This document shows positions 44,150 to 57,129 of a stretch of DNA of 64,000 bases, one piece after another. Made by a program: the position numbers and the translations under genes. The DNA lies in NCBI RefSeq assembly GCF_006345805.1, contig NC_043004.1, forward strand, positions 94,302,001 through 94,366,000, in the 5' to 3' direction. A model generated the notes under the pieces. It saw nothing but the letters and a program-made list of their open reading frames with translations, was not told the origin of the DNA and did no database searches. This stretch comes from Octopus sinensis. Lineage: Eukaryota. The stretch's first letter is position 1. Each line of letters begins with the position of its first letter.

Positions 44150-46949
44150 CTTCTTGTTTTTGCTTGTATGTTTCTCTAACCACTACTTATTGAATCATCA
44201 GCTATTGAAGTGGTTACTTCACAACCTCTGATTTAAATGTATTTCTAATGTTTTTGAGCAAAAGAGGATTTATAGTTCAAAGTATGAGCTTTTTGATTTT
44301 ACCAAACTATTAAGGCCGGTTGATTGGTAGAGTCGAAGTGAGCGGGAATGTTTTGCAGTATTTAGTTACGTACTGTATGAGTTCAAATACAACTGGAGTC
44401 GATTTTATTCTTCATCCTTCAAAAATCAATAAAATGAAGTACCAATTTTTTTTTTTTTTTTTTTTGAGAGGAAATATACAAACTGGCTTTGTTATCCTTA
44501 AAGTTTTTTTTTATGAATACACAGTCCTGGACACTTACCCCAGACACTTCAAGCTGTTTCTTTTGACTGTTTCGTTTTATCGTGTTATTTTTAGTTGCTA
44601 TATATTTTTTATTCAGTAAGGCTGTGGAGTAGTAGAATCTGTGAAGTACTGCATATCAATACGTCTCGCTTATTCGTTTCAATGAGTAAAATCCTGCCAG
44701 GTTTGTTAAAATAAGTCCCAGTGATATATTGCGATCATTTCGCTATAGTGTGTTGCCTTGAGCTTCAGAGATAAATTAAGGACTGTGCACAGGTAAAATG
44801 TCTGGAGCAATATTTAGTTTTGGTTCTTTATGTAATGACTTCAAACTATGCCGAGGTCAACTTTGCTTTTCATTCTTCAGTGATCGATAAAATAAAATGC
44901 CCGTCAAGTATTGGAGTCGATTTAATCGACTGAACACTCCCACTAAATTCCAGGCCTGGTATCCATGTTAGAAAAAATTATAATTATTAGCGAGAAAAAA
45001 TACCTTTGCAGCATTTAATTATGTCTCAGTACGCCCTGAGCTCAAATTGCACACGGCGGGAGATAAAAAGCAATGTATGTACAAGTTCTATAATCGACTA
45101 ACTCTTTCTGCAGATATCTGATTTAATGTCTATAATAAGCTATTATAATTATTGGAGTTGTAGAGTATTGGAATCAAGAGAAGTGTCGGACTAAAAGCTT
45201 TGTTACAATAATTCTGTTGGGGGTCGGCTTTTCTCACTATTTTACGAGGTTTGATAAAATAATTACCCAAAATGCATCATATCAATGCTATATCCTATAT
45301 CTTTTCCGAAAGAGACAAAGTTGTGTTATTTTGATATAAGTTTTATTTGCTTATAATTCTTTGTTTTATTTCATTTTTAATTTTATAAATTTCTCTATAA
45401 GTATGATATATAAATGGAACAAGAAGTGTATGCCATTTTCTGTCATGTGTATCTCCGGTGTCGGTGCCATCTGAGATATCACGCATTGTTTTACTTGAGT
45501 TCCTTCGCTTTGTTATTTCATTTTAACTATGTATAAAACAGTTCGGTTCAGTTTTTTTTCCTTCAACAGCACGTCTTGAATATATGGCAAATTTGCACAT
45601 GTGTACCAAGGGAGGAACTGTCCCTCTTGTATGCTCTTTAATATGCCAAAGTTTACATCTGTTCTAAAAGAGACAGTGTCTCCTTTGCCAGATCTATATT
45701 GACATTTTCATACAACAATTGTAAATTTATATCAATAATGGCAATTATGTTTCTTGTCTGGATTTATTAGACACTTTAATCTCTGAATTTTCAGTTTATA
45801 ACAAAATCCTATAATTTTTCAAATACTAACATGCACATATACAACTACACTACATCAAATAACATCACTGCACAATACCAAACCATACAACACAATCACA
45901 CAAAGAATATACACGCATGCACATACACATATGTACATCTGCATACACAGAAGATATCTTTACATGCACATCAACAAGCAGACAATGAGATATGCATATA
46001 AACATATTTAGTCCAAAATACATACACACTGCTTACAGACAACTATAAAAACACACATCTACTACATCTACAGAGACATATACATTACTCTCTAGGGACA
46101 CACAAACACACACACACATAATCACTATAAATGTTTTTCAATGGTTCTGAAGAACAATTAAAGAGTGTTAAGTGACTGACGTTGTTGTTGTTTGTATCCA
46201 TGTTGTGTGTATTATTGTTGTTTATCGATTTCGGACACCGGGTGGAGTCTTCCAGATCACGCATCCACACTTTCAATATAAATAGCGTGTTGAATGGTGG
46301 CCAAATTGGAGACATTTATCAGGTAAGCACCAAACGACGGACGCAAAATAATTTCTTTATGAAATGGAATTGGAGCAACTAAGCAACTAAGACCTAAAAC
46401 AGCTGCTCTCAAAGAAAATGGATTTCAAATTTAGAATTTTATAGAAAATTTGCTTTTTATACTTAAAAGGTAAACTTGGTATTTGTTAGAATGAAAGATG
46501 TTGGCTTCTGTCTTATAGACTTCCTCTACGAAACAGTCCTCCTAGATCTACTTAGATCAGTGAATATAGATTCTACTAGAGTAGAAAAAAGTTACGAATA
46601 ATTTTAGCCAAAGTAATTTTCATAATTACAAAAAGTGATCTAAGGGAAATAATTCATAAGATCCAATAGTATCAATTTGCTGCTTAGCACCAGATCAACA
46701 TCAATTGAGCAGCACTGAAGATTTTGAAAACTGATTAAAAGCACTCCAGCCGTGACCATTCTGTGTCTACCCTGTGTTACAGATGCCAGTGATTGCATTA
46801 TCTAACATCTTGCATTTTAAAACAATAGGGTGTGCTCTGAGGATTTTGTTATTTCTGGTAGGTCAATTGTGCCACAAAGAGGCTCTCTCGTTGGCATTAA
46901 TTTATATAACCCAAGTAGATTGCTTCGTACTAAATATTCTCAACAACAG

Positions 46950-48065
46950 TAACGACCAAGTGAAGATGTTTTTACATGGTTTCTTGACTTCCTGGAAATA
47001 GTAGCCAAATCTTCCGCAAATATAGGACACAGTGGAAAAATATAGTCATAGATATGGATATGATCAGAGATTGAACACCTTTGATTATTGCTCTGCCTAT
47101 CATAGGTGACCTAGGGTTAAACAACAACACGAATAATGCCAAAAACAAACTAATGAAACAATGACTGCAATAATACCAACAACAATAATGTCGGGAAGCT
47201 CCACATGGTCGTTTATCTTGCAAGAAACAACAACCAAATTTCTCTTAAATTACATCCTACAGTCTTAGAAACCATATCTAAGATTACGTTGGATAATATA
47301 GTATTAGGTACGTGCTATGTGGAAAATAAAAATTGGAGTAGGCATTGCAAGAATATTTTTGATCATAAGTTTGTTCAATCAGGAGAGACCTAGGGCTAAA
47401 AAATGTTAACAAGAACGTTTGAAGAAGCCTCAATGCACTCTCTCAGTATTCTAAAAGTAACAACTAAAGTTCCCTCAAATCACACTCAACCGTCTTCAAA
47501 ACAACAATGGGAAGAACACATTTGATAGTGTAGTCCTAGATATATTATGCCTGAAACGAAAAAGAAAATGTCTTTGATCATGGTGTTGCTGGAGCAAGCT
47601 TGACCGAGCACGAAACAACAGCAACAGAATTATAAGACTACTTGCCATAACATGAACACAATCAAGAAGGCACCGAGAAGTACTAGAAATAGCAGCTTAA
47701 TCTCGCTTAACTCATGCCCTACTATTTTAAGAACACAAAGGATATGTGATTTTATAAGCATTGCGTCTGAAAGAAAAATAAAATGGTCATAGTTTGAACA
47801 TCATTTGGTCATAGGTCTGCTCAGTCAGACTTTCTTGGGGTTAAAAAATACTAGGACAAGCAGTACTGAGCTTGCCCTAGTCGATTTGTTAGGAATATCT
47901 GTTATCTCCCTCAAATAACATCAAAATGTCTTAAATAATGAAAAAAAGATGCCCTCGCTAATGTAGTCCTTGATATACAAAAGTACCAAATGGTCGCGGT
48001 TAGAATACCTTTAACCCACAACTTTGCTAGATCGGGGCAGATTTGACCCTAAATAACAACATACA
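46950..48065 (+). repeat. Cluster of ~5 same-orientation degenerate copies of repeat E
   Basis: Unit resembling ctagaaatagcagccaaatct...gtctt...ttggataatgtagtcctagat...cctttgatcataggtctgctcaatcag..gacctagggctaaacaacaac at ~46975, 47200, 47445, 47680 and 47870. Confidence 0.7.
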
Positions 48066-48135
48066 TAAACGGTAACAACAATAAAATATCACTTACAAAA
48101 TCAATAAGGATGAAGGCAATAAACAATAGCAAACT

Positions 48136-48445
48136 GCCATTCCGCCCGTTACGACGATGAGGGATTCCAATTAATCCAATCAGCGGAGCCGCCAGCTCGT
48201 GAAATTAACGTCCACGGACACGCGTACCCTTGACGTGGTTCTCAAGGAGATTCGGCGCGACACAGGATGTGACAAGTCTGACCCTTTGAAATACAGTTAC
48301 AACTTTTTTTTTTTGCCAGTTGAGTAGACTGGAGCAACGTGAAATAAAGCATCTTGCTCAAGGATACAACGCGCCGCCCAGAACCGAACTCACGACCTTG
48401 CGATCGTGAGCTGAATACCCGAACCACCAAACCACGTGCCTTCAC
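48136..48445 (-). mobile_element. SINE family D head + tail T1
   Basis: Collinear with 12416-12725. Confidence 0.85.
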
Positions 48446-48744
48446 TTAACAGCGAACAGTATAAAGAAAGACGCAAATTTGGATGTAATCAAAATAAAAC
48501 ATCTACATCAACAACAACAACATTAACAATACCAACAATATTTAAATATTTCGGTCGGTTATTAACACGAAACGAAATAGCTATTCATTAATTTGCATAT
48601 AGTGTATATATTAGCATACATTTACATTTTTACATAAAATTATAAACGGTTTCTCAAAGTGGGTGTTGGTTCAGGGAGTTATTTTTTTATTGTTTTGCTT
48701 TTTATAAGTTATGGAAAGGGAGAGGCGATGCTTGTTCCTTGTCC

Positions 48745-49170
48745 ACTACCTTCTAAACTAGGCGAATAGGTTTGTGGTGGAGGAGGTGTCGACTGGAAAT
48801 GAGATTTTTAAATGGGGTTAATGCGGTTAATGTTCAGTTTGAACGCTTCAAGGTCGCAAATTGAAAGGTAGGGAAGGAGACTGATAAAAGCATTAGGTGA
48901 AGAGAGATTTTTTGGAGAAGAACAGTTACAGTTCCGAGATCAAAAGTTGAAAAGGAAGAGAGAACGTACAATGATCATTCGAGAATAGATAAGGTTCCCG
49001 GATGCTCTTTGCTAATGTTATAAATGATATGATAACAGCGTCTCGTACGGCTAGATCGACTGCGTTTCATACTAACAAAGGTTGGTGCTGCAGATGGGTA
49101 GCGTAGCGAGAGTGTATGCCTCCAGGGGAAGCGCAAGAGTTTGCCCTTATAAAAGCACACTGGCTGAGAC
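48745..49170 (-). mobile_element. Decayed 3' end of a CR1/Jockey-like LINE ORF2
   Basis: Minus-strand fragments ..RSRSSRTR..HPGTLSI.. and ..CDLEAFKLNINRINPI* resemble the RSTR..HP..V...FFPRT..LWN.LP..YDLQ.FK.NINRL end of such elements (recalled pattern). Confidence 0.5.
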
Positions 49171-49510
49171 AGACCACCTCCCTACCCGCTGGTGCCGCCA
49201 TCACTTCTACCTCCTGCTACACTACTGTGCAGACACTTGATGTTCCATGACCAACATTGAATCAATCGGTTTGACTGAAAATTCGGTACTATGCAGAGAT
49301 ACGGGCCTCTTAGCTGTGAACAGAAACGGTATAGTGCAGTGCTTCCCAACCGGCGTCCATATTACCTTTGGTGCATCATATGGCCCTTGGGGGTACATAT
49401 TAGATTTTTAGTCGCTAAAATTTATGTGCAATGAAGTGCTTTTTATACTTCAACAATACACAAAAGATTTTAACAATTTTGTAATACAATTCCTTGTAAT
49501 CATGTCCGGT

Positions 49511-49837
49511 TGTGAGGGCGCGTGGCTTAGTGGTTAGGGCATTCGGCTCATGATCGTAAGGTTGTGAGTTCGATTCCCGGCGACGCGTTGTGTCCTTGAG
49601 CAAGACACTTTATTTCACGTTGCTCCAGTCCACTCAGCTGGCAAAAATGAGTTGTACTTGTATTTCAAAGGGTCAGCCTTGTCACTCTCTGTGTCACGCT
49701 GATTATCCCCGAGAACTACGTTAAGGGTACACGTGTCTGTGGAATGCTCAGCCATTTGCACGTTAATTTCACGAGCAAGCTGTTCCGTTGATCGTATCAG
49801 CTGGGACCCTCGTCGTCGTAACCGGCGGAGTCTTTAA
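49511..49837 (+). mobile_element. SINE family D head + tail T1, full length
   Basis: A-box tggcttagtgg and B-box gagttcgattccc. The 13-bp TSD aatcatgtccggt is at 49498-49510 and 49838-49850. Confidence 0.92.
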
Positions 49838-49845
49838 AATCATGT

Positions 49846-50175
49846 CCGGTAGATTCACTGTCATCAATTCCTCGCAGGGAAGGTTCACTGCCATCAACTC
49901 ACCACAGAGAAAGTTCACCGCCATCAATTCAGCGGTTTTTGTTTGTTTGTTTTTGTTTTTTTGGGGGGGGGTTTGTTGGTTTTTTTCAATAAAATAGTTT
50001 TTAACAGTTAATGGTGTGACACTATGGATGTATTTTCTCGGTAAACTTTCCTCAAGGTGAACTTCCCTCACAGTGGACTTTCTTTACGATGAACTGATGA
50101 CGGTGGACTTTCCCTGCGGTGAACTGATGGCGGTGAACTCTCCTGCAGTAAATTGATGGCTGTGAACTTACCTGT
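49846..50175. mobile_element. Fold-back-type element with arms built of 30-bp subrepeats
   Basis: Left units (ttcac at 49854, 49884, 49914) are reverse complements of the right units (gtgr-act at 50073, 50103, 50133, 50162). The ~100-bp spacer is T-rich. Confidence 0.7.
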
Positions 50176-50395
50176 AATTCCTAATAATGTTTAATTATAA
50201 TAATACAATAGACTTTCTTTTAATATCGATTGGCTATGAAGTCCACTCGAATGAAATATATATCAAAAGTTGACCATAGAGAAAAATGATTAAAAACCAC
50301 TGATTCAGTATTATATTTTCTTTGCTTTGAAAGACATAACGTACCACTAGACATTAAGTAGAATTCACGTACAGATTCAAAATCTGTTTAGCTGT

Positions 50396-50731
50396 CGAGA
50401 CCCCCTTCGGTCACGACACTGACCATGGGATTGCACCTAGAAAGTTACCCTCCTAGTCACAAGTCTGGGCAAGGTGGTTTATGGAAGACCAGCAGTCGCC
50501 CATGCATACCGGCCTCTGCTCTCCACGCCACCAGTGTTATCCAAGGGAAAGGCAAAGGGACCGATACAGTATGGCACCCGTGACGTCGTAACTCATTTCT
50601 ACAGCTGAGTGAACTGGAGCAACGTAAAATAAAGTGTCTTGCTCAAGAACGCAACACGCAACCCGGTCCAGGATTCGAGCTTACAACCTCACGATCGTAA
50701 GCTCGACGCTCTAACCACTGAGCCCTGCGCC
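50396..50731 (-). mobile_element. SINE family D head + tail T2
   Basis: The 8-bp TSD ttagctgt is at 50388-95 and 50732-39. Collinear with 31878-32188. Confidence 0.88.
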
Positions 50732-51604
50732 TTAGCTGTAACGATAACATAATTAATTATAGCCTAATAGAAATATTAAAGAATATAGAATACGCAGATG
50801 TATTTCTTAAGTTTTTTTCTATTTTATTCTATATCCGTAATTTTATTATTATTAACATTCGGTAAATTCGAAATATTGGCGGCTGAATATAAAAACTTAG
50901 AGAAGTATCTTCTTTTCAGAGTTCCTCAAAGCGATTTGTCTATATCATCACTTGAAATGGAAAAATTTTACCATGATAACTATTATTATATGAGTTCGTT
51001 AGAGATAAGAAACAGCTAAACGATGTGTCGATGTTTTTAACACACCATGTGTGTGTGTGAGAGAGAGTGTGTGCGCATGTGTGTATATAGATAGATAACT
51101 AGATATGCACACATACATACGTACGTATGTATGTATGTATGCATATTACACAGTAAAAACTAAAATGGCAGTAAAACCACGTAGACAAAATCAGAAAAAT
51201 AACGAAACCTTCTACAATGGAATATTAGCCGTCATAAAAACACAAAATGCAACAAATAACTCATGAATATGCATGCCATTCACGTCGCTATTGTTCAAGA
51301 AACGAAGTTGTAAGCTCGACACAAAACTTTTCGAATCTTGGATATATATCTCAATATAGCAGGATAGGCATAACAGCCGAAACCAATTTATTGTTTTGGT
51401 TTTGTGTTGAGTTTGATCTGAGAACATAGACTTTTTGTGGAGAATGGCGATTTGACGTCTATATCTAGCATGTTGGCTGTCCACTTTTTCGTGTTCAGTC
51501 CTTAATTGGTATATATAAATATTTTAATCTTCGGATTCTTTCTTTAATATGCTAGACCACTGGTTCTAATTGATAAATATCAATTTTTACCCTAAATTTA
51601 ATGT

Positions 51605-51668
<64 letters not shown>

Positions 51669-51821
51669 GTTGTGTGTGTGTGTGTGTGTGTGTTGTGTGT
51701 GTGTGTGTGTCTCCAGGGAATAGGTTCTATAAACGGTTCTCAATGAATAATAGTGCACAACTTGTTAGAAATCTTAGCAGACGAAAATAAAGGCCAGGAA
51801 TACAAAAGGGTTTAGCATAAT

Positions 51822-51905
<84 letters not shown>
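51605..51905. repeat. (TA)n/(GT)n and (CA)n microsatellites
   Basis: Direct reading: ~51605-51710 and ~51824-51903. Confidence 0.95.
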
Positions 51906-51909
<4 letters not shown>

Positions 51910-52030
51910 ACCGTCAACCTCACCAGGTTACACATTCCAATCGCAACAAATTAATTCCTTCTTAAGCATAATTGGAAGGTCGTCAATGGATATAACACGT
52001 TCTGCTATAAAAAAAAAGAGCAATACGAAT

Positions 52031-52342
52031 ATAGGTGAAAGCATGGCTGTGCTGTCTACTAAACAGTGTCACGTGACTGAATTTGGTAGGCAGAAAGTGT
52101 GGTGAAGCCCGTCGTGTGAGTATGTAAATGTGTATATATGTGTGCTTCACCTAATCGTTTGACAACCGGTATTAGTTTGTTTACATCTTAACTGAGCAGT
52201 TCGATTAAAAAAACACGATAAAATAAGTACCAGACTTAGAAATAAGTCCTTGAGGTCGGTGATTTGTTCGGCTAAAATACTGCTTCAAAGCAATGCCCCA
52301 GCGTGGCCGCAATCCAATCACTCGAACAAGTCAAAGAGAAAA
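52031..52342 (+). mobile_element. SINE family C, internally deleted and diverged
   Basis: gaatttggtaggcagaaag...gcccgtcg...ttgacaaccgg...aataagtacc...gcgtggccgcaatccaat. Confidence 0.7.
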
Positions 52343-53526
52343 GATGATATCATAAGGGATTATACAATGCCTTTAAACAAACTACACTAATATGATCACA
52401 CAACTCACCAAGCTAACTACATAAAACCTTCAGAGACATTGCCTTCTGTTCTGCGCAAACATGTAACAAGTAACTCCCAATTCTACGCTTACCCCGTAGC
52501 AATCACAAGAGATCCATCAACCAATGAAGCAAAGCACTTTCATAAATTACAATAAAAACACAAAAATGTAGATATGGGACAATCTCATCAAAAAACTAAA
52601 ATAAATTCACAGAACTAAACAACACCGCAGTCGCCAACATAAATACTGCAGAACATACATTCAACAAAATAATTATAAATGCTTGCAAAATAAACATATC
52701 CCATAAAGCAACATACATAGTGCAGCTCAAATTACACAACTGAGACAGCCATCGAGATAAAAACTAAGAGATAACTTCAAACACAGTATACCAACATCTA
52801 ATATGTTTAGTTTCTTGATGCTGAAAGAAATCTCTGCAACAAGAATACAACGAAAAGAAATATTAAACCAAAGGAAAACGGAAAGGATAGTAAATATTTA
52901 TTTCTAACATAAACAAATCAAGTAAAAATCACTACACATTATACAAAGTAATTAGCAGCATCAGGCACTCCAGCAATGGCCACACCACATCACGCTTTAC
53001 ATCAGATGATGTACTCGCAATCCAACAGCAAGAAAACGCCCTTATCAATTTTTTTTCTCTCTCTCTGCAAATATATTTCAATAAAAACCGTACAAAGAAA
53101 AAAAACAACAAAAACGGAATTCACTAATTCGAGATCCCAGAGCCTGACAAAATCAGAAACATACAACCAACCCACTTAGAAGCTAAATGAATCACCGCTT
53201 TCTCCAGCATCTGAACTTTTAATATAAGAGTACTCAAAGACCAGAATTTTTAAAAACTGCGCAAAAACGCTGTAGTTGCTGTTGTTGTTGTTGTGTTGTT
53301 GTTGTTAAGCAACAAGACAGGTAAGGGTGATTAGGTGATGGTATAGGGCTTAGGGGGCGGGAGACCCCAGACCTTGAAAGACAAAAAAAACTTTGGTCGA
53401 CTTGTTGTAGTCGAGGGCTTTTCGTTGATGCCCGACACCACTGGGAGGTGGCCCTAGAAGTCGCTGGAAATGGAGATCTCCAGGTCCAAATTCTTGAACG
53501 ACTGCTGCTGCAGTTGTTGTTTTTGC

Positions 53527-53987
53527 TGTTGTTGTTGTGGTGGTGGTGGTGGTGGATGGTTGTGGCGGTGGTGGTAGTGGTGGTCATGGTGGTGGTCATG
53601 GTGGTGGCGGTGGTGGTGGTCATGGTGGTGGTCATGGTGGTGGTCATGGTGGTGGTGGTGGTGGTGGTGGTGGTGGTGGTTATGTGGTGGTCATGGTGGT
53701 GGTGGTGGTGGTCATGGTGGTGGTCATGGTGGTAGTGGTGGTGGTGGTGGTGGTGGTCATTGTGGTGGTCATGGTGGTGGTGGGGGTGGTGGGGGTCATA
53801 GTGGTGGTGGTCGTCGTGGTGGTGGTGGTCATGGTGGTGGTCATGGTGGTGGTCGTGGTGGTCGTGGTGGTGGTCGCGGTGGTGATGGTGGTGGTGGTGG
53901 TCATGGTGGTGGTCGTGGTGGTCGTGGTGGTGTTGGTGGTGGTGATGGTGGTGGTGGTGGTGGTGGTGGTGGTGGTGGTGGTGATGG
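53527..53987. repeat. (GGT)n / GGTCAT-interspersed trinucleotide repeat
   Basis: About 460 bp of ggt with periodic cat, cgt and gat variants. Confidence 0.95.
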
Positions 53988-54234
53988 GGGTCCGTATTTG
54001 CAAAACCTCTTGCAGTGTTCTAGCGTCAATTCCCACCTAGGTCAACTTCATTTTTTTTTATCCTTCTTGTGAGAGTATGAGTACCAGTCGAGTAATCTGG
54101 TCGATATAATCGATTGCCTCACCCATCCCTCACTACTGACAAATCCCTCTGATCAGCGTGTGTATACATACACATGCACACACGCACACGCACACGCCCA
54201 CTCACACTCATATACATACATATGAATATACATA

Positions 54235-54235
54235 A

Positions 54236-54286
<51 letters not shown>

Positions 54287-54756
54287 TATATATATATATA
54301 TATATCGTTAATCCAAACAAGAAAGCACAAAAAAACACAACAACGCGAGGACGTGGAACAAATATAGTATTATTGGACGCTCAGGAAAGAAGGAAAGAAG
54401 GAGGATTCAACGTTTCGAGTGGAGCTCTTCGTCGGAAACATAGAAAAAGGAAAGATCCAGAGAAGGGAAGACAGAGGAAAAGAAATTATATTATATCATA
54501 TTATATTATATTATTATATTATATTATATTATATTATATTATATTATATTATATCATATCTGTGCATGAAAATGCTATGGTTGTTAAAACGAAGATGTGA
54601 TATATGATATATCACATATATGGCAGCTCATAATATATGAGAAGTTATGCTTCTGATATCCTGAGACAAAAGAGTGTGGGTTTGTTTCATATAGGACCGT
54701 TTTAAAATCTGTTGACTTCTCCTCGTAGAAAATGTACCTGGTGTACTTCTTCAGCA

Positions 54757-54815
<59 letters not shown>
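54235..54815. repeat. (TA)n, (ATATT)n and (CA)n microsatellites surrounding a short unique element
   Basis: ~54235-54305, ~54485-54555 and ~54758-54817. Confidence 0.9.
54405..54439 (-). ncRNA. Possible minimal hammerhead variant
   Basis: The minus strand reads gttt-CCGACGA-A-GAG-ctcca-CTC-GAAA-CGT-T|gaat. Stem III is the palindrome ACGT. Stem I is weak (two G.U pairs), the core is U4C, and H17=U. Confidence 0.3.
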
Positions 54816-55738
54816 TACTGTATATACAGATTGAGATAGAACGATAGTGTGTAGGTAAGGAGAGAATAGGTGGTTAAAACAGAGTACTCAAAAGTATTAC
54901 TTATGATTATAACAACTGACACTTCACATCACATCTAGAATTTCATGATGATGATTCAGGATTATCGCGCGCATGCGTGCGGGGGAGGCGTGCAAGTGAC
55001 GTGTTTGTCAGGGATGTTGGTGTTTCGTCTTGAATATATCCAAGAAATCGATGACAGCGACAAACATCTTGTGGTGATAGAATGAGAGAGCTTATATTAT
55101 TGAAGGGTGGAGATAGGGAGACAGATATGGCATTATTGATGGAAGGACATAAGAAGGAATGGTTAGAAGAATGGATTTAGGGAGGGAAAGGGGGAGGAAG
55201 GGAGATAGAGAGGGGTGCCTGGCTGAATGGATGAACAACTGGTTGGTGAATAGGTGGATGGACAGACTGAATGGTGGATGGACATATGAGCATGATGAGG
55301 ATATACGTAGTTGGATGGGTAGAAGGATGAATGCATGCATTTATGAATATGTAAATATGTGTATAGATATGTATACAGTTTGTTAAATAGATCGATAAAA
55401 TGTCTTTCTTATTGAATAATAAAAAAAAAACAGACAGCTGGATAAATTAGTTGATCAGACCACTGCGACATGTAAACATCTCTTTAAACACATACACAAT
55501 GGTGTGGCTGTCTGTGTGTCGTTTGCCCTTTGTAAGTAAATCAATGCTATATGAAGTCATATGTTGATATATCTTCTTACAAGGGGGCACCTTGTGCGTA
55601 AATGACTGTCACATGACGTCACATCGATGGAAACTGTCCAACACCACCGCTCCACTACATCCTCAGTGTGTGTATATTCGTGACTTTGTGTATGTGTGTG
55701 TTTGTGTGAACGTATTTATGTGTGTGTGAGAGAGAGAA

Positions 55739-55806
55739 AGAGAAGGAGAGTGAAAGAGAAGGAGAGTGAAAGAGAAGGAGAGTGAAAGAGAGAGAGAGTG
55801 AAAGAG
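55739..55806. repeat. 16-bp purine tandem repeat (gagaaggagagtgaaa)
   Basis: Three exact copies plus one variant. Confidence 0.9.
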
Positions 55807-56109
55807 TGACCGAGAGCATCAGAGTGATGGTACAAGGCGATGACTCAATAGCAATCGATAAGGTGGCACAGAAAATGGAGAAGATTACTAAGGGCGGTGT
55901 CATCGATTAGTGACATGTCCAGCTTAATATATCGGTCAAGGATTTGAAAGTAGAAGACATTACGACAATTGTAACAACGAAAGCACGACCAACAACAACA
56001 ACAACAGTAGTGAAGGAGAGATTCCTTCAAAGCATTACCAATTTATCTTATGATGTTGCGTACTCTCCTTCTGGCTAAATGAAGCACACACACACACAAA
56101 TATACGGTA

Positions 56110-56147
56110 TAGTTATATGATGTATGTGATAAATGTATGTATGCATG

Positions 56148-56183
<36 letters not shown>

Positions 56184-56431
56184 ATATATATATATATATA
56201 ATATATAATATATATAATATTATATATATATATAATATATATATATAATCATATATATATATATATATATATGTTATATATATATACATATATATATTGT
56301 ATATATATATATATATATATAATATATAATATAATATATATATATATATATAATCATATATAATATATGTTATATATATATACATATATATATTGTATAT
56401 ATATATATGTATATATATGTTATATATATAT
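56110..56431. repeat. AT low-complexity / (TA)n region
   Basis: Direct reading. Confidence 0.95.
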
Positions 56432-56888
56432 ATATTACCCTCAGGGGCACTAGTGTTGGTATATGCGTGAATATACCAAACGAAATAAGTGGATCTATTG
56501 TTAAGGAAAATACTATTTACTTGTTATTGCGAAAATAACTCTAACAGTTCAAGTGCTAAGAAATAAGCATACTCAATTTGATTTATACCAACTAAATCAG
56601 GAAACTGAATGGGTTATTTCCCTTGGCTTTATATAAGGATCCCTTCCAGATATTTTCAACAGTCTGAAACTCCACAAACACACCCAGAAACAGAATTTCC
56701 CACATATGTAGTATATATATATATATATATATAATAATAATATTAGGGAGTAAATCCAAACTTACAGGGAAAAATTAGATTTAGGATTAAATCTAATTTT
56801 ATAGTATAAATATATATTATATTAAATTAGTAGTGGTTTTATCTCTAATTTAATATATATATAAATTCACACACACACACACACACAC

Positions 56889-56959
<71 letters not shown>

Positions 56960-57098
56960 TGTGTGTGTGTGAATTTATATATATATATTAAATTAGAGAT
57001 AAAACCACTACTAATTTAATATAATATATATTTATACTATAAAATTAGATTTAATCCTAAATCTAATTTTTCCCTGTAAGTTTGGATTTACTCCCTAA

Positions 57099-57129
<31 letters not shown>

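Noticed and set aside
44165-44205. Minus-strand CTGATGA...GAAA in the 3' UTR region
   Set aside because: Stem II and stem III cannot be formed, so it is a chance match.
49337-49420. cagtgcttcccaac, a hAT/Charlie-like terminus
   Set aside because: No matching opposite TIR or TSD was found nearby.
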